The notes beneath the pieces were generated by a model. The model made no database searches and was not told the DNA's origin. It worked only from the letters and a program-made list of their open reading frames with translations. Of a stretch of DNA of 64,000 nucleotides, positions 57,766 through 64,000 are shown in pieces; the first letter of the stretch is position 1; every line of letters begins with the position of its first letter. The position numbers and the translations under genes are program-made. This DNA comes from a candidate division FCPU426 bacterium (GTDB lineage Bacteria > Oederibacteriota > Muellerivitia > Muellerivitales > Muellerivitaceae), in NCBI GenBank assembly GCA_963771075.1, contig CAVYSE010000028.1, positions 224,001 through 288,000 on the forward strand. Reading direction: 5' to 3'.

Positions 57766-58300
57766 TCGTGTCTCCTTTGACGTCCAATAATTCCCGCAAG
57801 GTTTCCAGCGCGTACCGGCACCGGCTTCCCGCCGTGTTCAACGAGATCTGAAGCGCCTCCCCGATCTCACGAAAGGACAGACCTACGTAGTATTTCAACC
57901 GGATCACCGTTCGCTGGCTTTCCGGAAGCTTTTCCATCGCCTGTTCCAATTCCACCGGATCGAGATCATCCACCTGATCCAGGGGCTGAAACGACTCCGG
58001 AGCTTCCAGCTCCGGAAGATCCGCCAAGTCGATCTGGACTCTCCTTCGGCTCCGACGCTTGACCGAATTTAACCAGACCGCCCTCGCCGCGTAAGCCCCC
58101 GGATTCTCGATCTCCAGCTTTTCCCTTTTTTCCCACAAAAGGGTTAAGGTTTCCTGGACGACATCCTCCGCCTCTTCCCGGTTTTCAAGCACCCGGCAAG
58201 CCAGCCTTAACCAAAGGTCTTGGTGTTCCGCCACGAAGGCCTGGAACCCCTCCTCTAGACGGAAAACGGTCATGGGTTTTAATTCAACTCCTTCCCACAT
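57758..58300 (-). CDS. ECF-type RNA polymerase sigma factor (alternative start 58273)
   Basis: EEAEDVVQETL.LW (region 2); LPESQRTVIRLKYYVGLSFREIGEALQISLNTAGSR (region 4). Confidence 0.92.
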   Translation of the reverse strand: MWEGVELKPMTVFRLEEGFQAFVAEHQDLWLRLACRVLENREEAEDVVQETLTLLWEKREKLEIENPGAYAARAVWLNSVKRRSRRRVQIDLADLPELEAPESFQPLDQVDDLDPVELEQAMEKLPESQRTVIRLKYYVGLSFREIGEALQISLNTAGSRCRYALETLRELLDVKGDTND

Positions 58301-58364
58301 GAAAGATCCTTTCCGGCCGGTTTTTGTCTATCCATTCTTTATATCCGTTCGGTTCACGGATGGC

Positions 58365-58976
58365 TTACGTTTCCTGGAATCTCCCCGCGTAGGTTTTGGC
58401 CAGGGATTTCACGAAGGATTCCCCATCCCCGATCAGGGGCGTGATGTCCCCCACCATCATCTGGTGCCAGGAATAATGCATGAGGCTGGCGAAAAACTGG
58501 AAAAAGAGGAGCTTGATCTCTTTCTCGCTTTTTTGCGTGATCAACTTAGGCACTAAGATTTCCTGGACAATAAAGGTAAGTTGTTCGGTAATGAAATGAA
58601 GGTAAAATTTCCTCATCTCCGGGCTCTTCATTGTTTCGCTCAACATGATCTTCATCAACTCCACGTGTTCGGGCCTATTCATTTCCAGCAGGTGATGCTT
58701 TCCCAGCAGGTAAAAACATTCCTCCAGGTCTTTGGCTTGTTTTAATAAATGAATCACTTCATCCTTCTCCTCCACGTGGGAGAGGAAAATTTCCCTCAAA
58801 ATCTGGTCCTTGCTCTTGAAGTAGTGGTACAGCCCAGCCTTGGTGACCTTGCAGGCCTTGGCGATCTGGGACATGCTGGTTTCCATAACCCCGTGGGCGG
58901 CGAATAGCTTTCGGGCCTGGGCCACGAACCGGTTTTTCTGGCTCAAGTGTTTTTGTTCATTAAGGATTTTGACCAT
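58365..58976 (-). CDS. TetR/AcrR family regulator
   Basis: ARKLFAAHGVMETSMSQIAKACKVTKAGLYHYFKSKDQI. Confidence 0.93.
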   Translation of the reverse strand: MVKILNEQKHLSQKNRFVAQARKLFAAHGVMETSMSQIAKACKVTKAGLYHYFKSKDQILREIFLSHVEEKDEVIHLLKQAKDLEECFYLLGKHHLLEMNRPEHVELMKIMLSETMKSPEMRKFYLHFITEQLTFIVQEILVPKLITQKSEKEIKLLFFQFFASLMHYSWHQMMVGDITPLIGDGESFVKSLAKTYAGRFQET

Positions 58977-58982
58977 GGCATA

Positions 58983-59011
58983 AACCTACCAACCGGTCGG
59001 TAAATGATCAA
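58983..59011 (-). promoter_or_regulatory. tetR promoter with operator palindrome; probably leaderless
   Basis: Minus strand TTGATC-N17-TAGGTT-N6-ATG; palindrome TACCaACCGGTcGGTA at 58987-59002. Confidence 0.7.
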
Positions 59012-59078
59012 GACTTTATTGTCCTTTTTTATGAAAGGAAAACGAATGACAAAATTATTCGTTTTAAAGGAAAAACTT

Positions 59079-59108
59079 GAAACAATTGAAATTCGCTTAT
59101 CGTCTAAT
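59079..59108 (+). promoter_or_regulatory. Putative ECF-sigma promoter
   Basis: GAAAC-N17-CGTCTAAT. Confidence 0.6.
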
Positions 59109-59173
59109 TTAGGTAGGATTAGACGGTTTTAGAAAGCGGATCCTACTTGCAACATCAATTTGAGGAGGAATTC

Positions 59174-59398
59174 ATGAAAAAGTCGATTGTGTTGGCGATG
59201 GCGGTCGCCTTCTTGGCCGCTACATCCGGTTTGGTGATGGCGCAAGACACGGCGGGATCAGCTCCCCCGAAGACCCACAAGACCCACAAGGCCAAATCTC
59301 ATAAGAAACACAAGAAGACCGCTGGTGCTTCCGGCACTACTTCAACCGCCCCGGCTCCATCCGGCGATAGCGCCGCTCCGGCCGCTGGCGGGAAATAA
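59174..59398 (+). CDS. Small secreted Lys/His/Ala-rich protein
   Basis: RBS GAGGAGG, signal peptide VMA|Q, KTHKTHKAKSHKKHKK. Confidence 0.8.
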   Translation: MKKSIVLAMAVAFLAATSGLVMAQDTAGSAPPKTHKTHKAKSHKKHKKTAGASGTTSTAPAPSGDSAAPAAGGK

Positions 59399-59451
59399 AC
59401 TCAAAGCTTTTCATTCCCGGCAAAAGCCGGGGATTTCAACTCGGCGACTTT

Positions 59452-59487
59452 AAAAAAGGCTTGGTCCCTGAACCGGGCCTTTTTTAT
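59452..59487 (+). terminator. Rho-independent terminator
   Basis: AAAAAAGGCttggtccctgaaccggGCCTTTTTT. Confidence 0.75.
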
Positions 59488-59528
59488 TTTCCGGCATCCA
59501 AAATTTAATAAACCCGTTCCTTTTCTTC

Positions 59529-59558
59529 GTAACACATCTGTCCCTATGCTCGTCCAAC
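59529..59558 (+). promoter_or_regulatory. Putative ECF-sigma promoter
   Basis: GTAAC-N17-CGTCCAAC. Confidence 0.55.
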
Positions 59559-59595
59559 CTTTGCCGTTAACCATCAAACGAATTGGAGGCTGTAA

Positions 59596-60045
59596 ATGAA
59601 AATGTTTTTGTCTTTGACGTTCGCCTTATTGTTCGCCGGGACCGCCGGGATTGCACTGGCCCAAGCCGATTCTTCCGCCCCCGCGGAATCCGCCGCGCCC
59701 GCCACCCAATCCACGCCCATGGCGCCCAAGATGAAAGGCGCCCATCCCTTGATCCATGAGATCCAAACGCGTTTGCAGGACCAGAACAAGCGGATCATGG
59801 AAGGGATCCAAAAGAGAACCTTGACCAAGGATGAGATGGTGGCGCTTCACGCGAAGATCAAGTCCATCCGGGAAGAGATGCAGGGCGACCTCAAGACCAA
59901 CGGAAAGAAAGAACTGACCGAGGATCAATTCAAGCAATTGAACCAGGAATTGGACGACAATTCCAAGGCCATTCACGACGAGAAATCGCAAGGCGCCTCG
60001 GATGCCGGTACCTTGGCGGCTTCCACCACTCCCACCGCCAATTAA
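59596..60045 (+). CDS. Secreted helical protein
   Basis: RBS GGAGG, signal ALA|Q, RL.DQNKRI.EG...LTKDE and LTEDQFKQLNQELDDNSKAI repeats. Confidence 0.82.
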   Translation: MKMFLSLTFALLFAGTAGIALAQADSSAPAESAAPATQSTPMAPKMKGAHPLIHEIQTRLQDQNKRIMEGIQKRTLTKDEMVALHAKIKSIREEMQGDLKTNGKKELTEDQFKQLNQELDDNSKAIHDEKSQGASDAGTLAASTTPTAN

Positions 60046-60068
60046 TCTTATCATTCATTTTTTCTTGA

Positions 60069-60098
60069 AAAGCGGGCCATCATGCCCGCTTTTCTTTT
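60069..60098 (+). terminator. Rho-independent terminator
   Basis: AAAAGCGGGCcatcatGCCCGCTTTTcttt. Confidence 0.7.
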
Positions 60099-60157
60099 AA
60101 CTGGATTCCCTCGCCCAAGTGGTACACTTTCCTTGATCTTCTTTGCACGGAGCGGAC

Positions 60158-60874
60158 ATGAAACATGCAGCGTTCGGCTTTCTCATCCTCTTTTTTTCCC
60201 TTTCCACGCGCGCTCAGGCGGATATCGAACCGGCCTTGAAAGACCTGATCTCGGTTTATTCCATCGAGGACATTGAGGGGGCGGGCCAGGTCTGGATCCA
60301 GAAATCGGGGGATTCCCAATGGAACAGCGCCAAGGAAGGCCAAAATTTGGAAGAGGGTGATTCCCTCAAGGTGGGTTTGGCCACCGAGGTGGTGCTTTCA
60401 CTTAAGAAAGACACCTTTGTCCATGTGGGTGAAAAATCGATCCTCAGCGTCCAACAATTGGAGGAACAGGGAGAAGATGGTTTCCTGACCCGCTTGAGCC
60501 TCCAGGCCGGAGTGATCCTCTCGGATGTTCGAAAAAAGCTGGACCTTTCCGGCTCCGCCTATGAAGTGGAAGCGGGCGGGGTCGTCTGCGGGGTGCGGGG
60601 AACCGTTTTCGAGGTCTTGAAGGAAGGTGACGAGGTGGAGGCCACCACCCACGAAGGGACTGTCCAGGTGCGGAACGCATCGGGTACCCAGATGGTCCAA
60701 GCGGGCGAGACCGAACACTGCCACCACGGCCTGCACCATTCCAAAGGCCCTTGCGCGAAAAGGGCCCTGGCCCGTTACAAAGCCTGGAAGGCCCTGAAAA
60801 CCCGTTGTCTAGCCCGGCGGTCGTCCCCCCATTCCTCCCATGCCGCTCCCAAGTCCCGCGCCTACCACCGGTAA
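60158..60874 (+). CDS. Secreted FecR-domain protein
   Basis: Signal AQA|D, LEEGDSLKVG, VGEKSILSV, VCGVRGTVFEV, HEGTVQV. Confidence 0.85.
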   Translation: MKHAAFGFLILFFSLSTRAQADIEPALKDLISVYSIEDIEGAGQVWIQKSGDSQWNSAKEGQNLEEGDSLKVGLATEVVLSLKKDTFVHVGEKSILSVQQLEEQGEDGFLTRLSLQAGVILSDVRKKLDLSGSAYEVEAGGVVCGVRGTVFEVLKEGDEVEATTHEGTVQVRNASGTQMVQAGETEHCHHGLHHSKGPCAKRALARYKAWKALKTRCLARRSSPHSSHAAPKSRAYHR

Positions 60875-61058
60875 TCCTCTCCTAAGTGGAACTCCCATCG
60901 TTCAATGATCTTTTAGGCCTCTTTCCTTGTTTTCTTCCCTCCCCTCCGCTTGAAAGCCTATAATTCCCCTGTTTTTTCATGGTTAGGCTGTCATTGACAC
61001 CTCAATCGTCTAACGGTAAAAAGATAGGCCCCTTTAGGGTGACTTTCGGCCTTATTTT

Positions 61059-61991
61059 ATGGAGGTTCCTTTGCGATTCATGATTTGCCGGGTTCTAACC
61101 TTGGGATTGCTACTGGCCCTGGGCCTATCCCTGCATGGGTGTTTCATCAAGTCGATGGCGGTGGATTCCATCGCGGACAGCCTGGCGGGCACGGGCGACA
61201 CGTTCAGCTCCGACAATGATCCCCAACTCATCCGGGAGGCGATCCCCTTCAGCCTAAAGCTGATGGAAAGCGTCCTATCCGCCGCACCCCGACATGTGGG
61301 CCTCTTGACCGCGACCTGCAAGGGTTTCACCGAGTACGCATTCGCCTTCGTGCAGTCCGACATGGAGCGGATGGCGGACGCCCAATACGACAAAAAGAAG
61401 GCCTGGACCCTCCGGTCGAAGAACCTTTACCTCCGGGCCCAAGGATACGGTATGAGGGCCTTGGACGCGCGCCACGATCATTTCAGCCAAATGCTGAAGC
61501 TGGATCCCAAGGGCACCGTTGCCAAGGCCAACAAGGACGACGTCGAAGCCCTTTACTGGACCGCCGTCTCCTGGCTGGGAGCGATCGTTTTGGACAAGGG
61601 CGACAATGAGCTGATGGCCGATGAGCCAGAGGCTGAGGCCCTTCTTTACCGGGCCTATGCCTTGGACCCCGATTACGACAAGGGCGCCATCGAGGATTTT
61701 CTCATAACCTACGAGGGCGGTAAGCCCGCCATGATGGGCGGTTCGGACAAGAAGGCCCGGGAACACTTCGACCGGGCCCTGGTCTTGAACAAGGGTCTGG
61801 ATGCCACGACTTACCTGAATTACGCCGAGGCGGTGGACGAAAAACTGCAGAACAAGGAAGAATTCGAGGAGATGCTGAACAAGGCCCTGGCCATCGACCC
61901 GGACAAGGAACCCAGCAACCGCCTGGTCAACCTGCTCATGCAGGACCGGGCCCGCTGGCTCTTAGCCAACGAGGACAAGCTGTTCTTGTAA
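61059..61991 (+). CDS. TRAP transporter TatT component (lipoprotein)
   Basis: Lipobox LHG|C, DNDPQLIREAIPFSLKLMES, LYLRAQGYG, GGS.KKAREHFDRAL, RARWLL; upstream of dctP. Confidence 0.88.
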   Translation: MEVPLRFMICRVLTLGLLLALGLSLHGCFIKSMAVDSIADSLAGTGDTFSSDNDPQLIREAIPFSLKLMESVLSAAPRHVGLLTATCKGFTEYAFAFVQSDMERMADAQYDKKKAWTLRSKNLYLRAQGYGMRALDARHDHFSQMLKLDPKGTVAKANKDDVEALYWTAVSWLGAIVLDKGDNELMADEPEAEALLYRAYALDPDYDKGAIEDFLITYEGGKPAMMGGSDKKAREHFDRALVLNKGLDATTYLNYAEAVDEKLQNKEEFEEMLNKALAIDPDKEPSNRLVNLLMQDRARWLLANEDKLFL

Positions 61992-62039
61992 TGTAAGGAA
62001 ACGTGAATCAAATTTAAGAAAGCTGAAAAAGGAAAACAC

Positions 62040-63064
62040 ATGAAGACGATTCGAATGTCATCCCTGATGGTTCTGGCACTGTTGGCGGTTCTTTTCACCG
62101 CCCCCGCCACCCGAGCCCAGGACGCCGCCATTACCCTGAAACTCGGCACCCTGGCCCCGGAACATACGACCTTTGACAATATCCTCCAGGATATGGGCGC
62201 CCAATGGAGAAAGTCCGGGGTCATGCTGAAGATTTACGGGGGGGAGAGTTGGGCGAGGAGCCTGACATTATCACCAAGATGCGAATCAACCAGATCCAGG
62301 TGGGCGTGGTGACCGTGGTGGGTCTCTCCAAGATCGACAAGGCCATGAACGTACTTTCCATTCCCATGCTGTATAAGGATTACAAGGAAAGTGATTATGT
62401 CCGGTCCAAGATGCAGCCCATTCTGGAACAACGCCTGGAGGCCAAGGGTTTCAAAGTCCTGAATTGGGGCGAGGCGGGATGGGTTTACTTCTTCGGCAAG
62501 ACGCCCATCTTGACGCCAGACGACCTCAAAAAAATGAAACTCTTTGTCTGGGGCGACGACGCCGACACCATGAACATCTGGCAATCGGCGGGCTTTTCCC
62601 CCATTCCCCTTTCGAGCACCGACATCCTGCCCAACCTTCAGACCGGCATGATCAACTGCTTCGACACCACCCCCATTCTCGCCCTGTCCTCACAGTGGTT
62701 CGGCCTGGCTAAGCAAATGACCAACATGAAATGGTGCCCCCTGATTGGCGCCACCATCATCACCACCCAGGCTTGGAACAAGATACCCATGGCCTCCCGC
62801 CCCGCCCTGCTAAAGGCCGCGGCCGTGGCGGACAAAAGATTCCGGGATGAAATCCGCGCCAACAGCGATAAGGCCATCGACGCCATGAAGGAGCACGGCC
62901 TGGTCGTTCACGACATCACCCCGGAACAACATGACCAATGGGAAAAACTTTTCCAAAGCGTCTATCCCCAGATCGCGGGCACACTGATCCCGAAGGATAT
63001 CATGGAGATGGCCGTCAAATACCGCGACGAATTCCGAGCCCAAAAGGCGGCTCAGGCGGAATGA
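62040..63064 (+). CDS. dctP: TRAP substrate-binding protein DctP/TatP, frameshifted in a G7 tract at 62238-62244
   Basis: LKLGTLAPE in one frame; GELGEE..KMRINQI, LNWGEAGWVYFF, DILPNLQTGMI in the next. Confidence 0.9.
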
Positions 63065-64000
63065 GCGAGAAGCGATCCAACCTGGGGCCGGGGGGAACCC
63101 CGCCCGCCGGTTCCCCCGAAAGTTTAGGAACGCCGGATTACGTGCCGGAATTGGCCATGGAGGGCCATTTGGATGGCGCGCCCGTCCGACGGGCCTTTTG
63201 GCACATCCCCGAAAACCTGGTTTTGACCTTCTTCTTCAGTTTCATGATGATCCTTCCGCTGTTGGATATCCTGGGCCGCAAGCTGAACCCAATTCTTCAC
63301 TTCATCCCGGCCAACATCGTTCCCGGTTCCCTCACCCTGGTTCAGCACAGCATCCTGGCCATCATGATGTGCGGCGGGGCCATCGCGGCCAGGGAAGGCA
63401 AACTATTGGCCCTGGCCTCCACCGCCAGCCTCATCCCGGAAAAATATAAGAATGCCGTCCGCATCCTCACCTACGGGTTCGGGGCCGCCATCACCCTTTA
63501 CCTGGCCAAGGCCAGCTACAGCTTTGCCATGATCGAGAGAGACTCGGGGGACATTATTTCCCTGGGCATCCCCACCTGGGTCATTCTCTGCCTGCTGCCC
63601 ATCGGCTTTTCCCTGATCGTGGGCCGGCTCATTTGGCGCTCTTCCAACCGGATGCTGGAGAGGTTCTTCACCTTGGCCGTGACCTCGGGCTTGGCTTACC
63701 TGGGCTTCATGATCCATAACCCTCCCCAAGGCGTGGTTATTTTGGCTTTCGTGATTTTGTTCACCGCGGTCATCTTGGGGGCCCCGGTCTTCGTGGCCCT
63801 GGGCGGCGCGGCCCTTTTCTTCTTGTGGAATTCCGATACCCCTATCAGCTCCATCCCGGCGGAGACCTACCGCATGGTGGTAAACCCCACCATTCCCACC
63901 ATTCCCCTCTTTACCCTGACCGGCTACTTCCTGGCCGAGGGCGGAGCCTCCAAACGGCTACTCCGGGTCTTCCAGGCTCTTTTCGGCTCCATGAAAGGCG
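63061..64000 (+). CDS. Fused TRAP small/large permease (DctQM), truncated by the window edge
   Basis: Manual translation from ATG 63061 stays open to the end: GGAIAAREGKLL, LGAPVFVALGGAAL, IPTIPLFTLTGYFLAEGGASKRL. Confidence 0.88.
   Translation, partial: MSEKRSNLGPGGTPPAGSPESLGTPDYVPELAMEGHLDGAPVRRAFWHIPENLVLTFFFSFMMILPLLDILGRKLNPILHFIPANIVPGSLTLVQHSILAIMMCGGAIAAREGKLLALASTASLIPEKYKNAVRILTYGFGAAITLYLAKASYSFAMIERDSGDIISLGIPTWVILCLLPIGFSLIVGRLIWRSSNRMLERFFTLAVTSGLAYLGFMIHNPPQGVVILAFVILFTAVILGAPVFVALGGAALFFLWNSDTPISSIPAETYRMVVNPTIPTIPLFTLTGYFLAEGGASKRLLRVFQALFGSMKG

Overview
Moderately GC-rich chromosomal window from a diderm bacterium (TolC, RND, TRAP and beta-barrel proteins). The many GT-C/TPR/PA14 membrane proteins resemble uncultured lineages such as candidate phylum FCPU426; this is an inference and was not checked. 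Recognisable genes: two GNATs, vapBC, acyl-CoA dehydrogenase, exported MsrA, a MarR-TolC-EmrAB efflux operon, an NCS2 permease, ABC-F, glycogen debranching enzyme, glnB-glnE, a DenV-like glycosylase, further TA modules, an isolated and degenerate MrpB/C/D-like trio, pcm, a NodIJ-like ABC pair, a TetR-ECF sigma-TolC-RND-RND operon with no adaptor gene, and a TatT-type TRAP transporter. No rRNA, complete tRNA, CRISPR array or transposase was found. The most striking feature is an AT-rich stand-alone GIY-YIG nuclease gene inserted between the two RND paralogues and bracketed by four 53-bp palindromic repeats that keep one hairpin architecture through compensatory base changes; a shorter solo relative lies 45 kb away. 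This is a candidate REP/REPIN-like mobile system with a GIY-YIG nuclease in place of a RAYT transposase. Several other palindromic or MITE-like element families, a putative ECF regulon, a promoter-plus-terminator small RNA or attenuator, and a PII lacking Tyr51 were also seen. Multiple single-base frameshifts between 41 and 62 kb are most likely long-read assembly errors. All calls are by eye; no searches were run.
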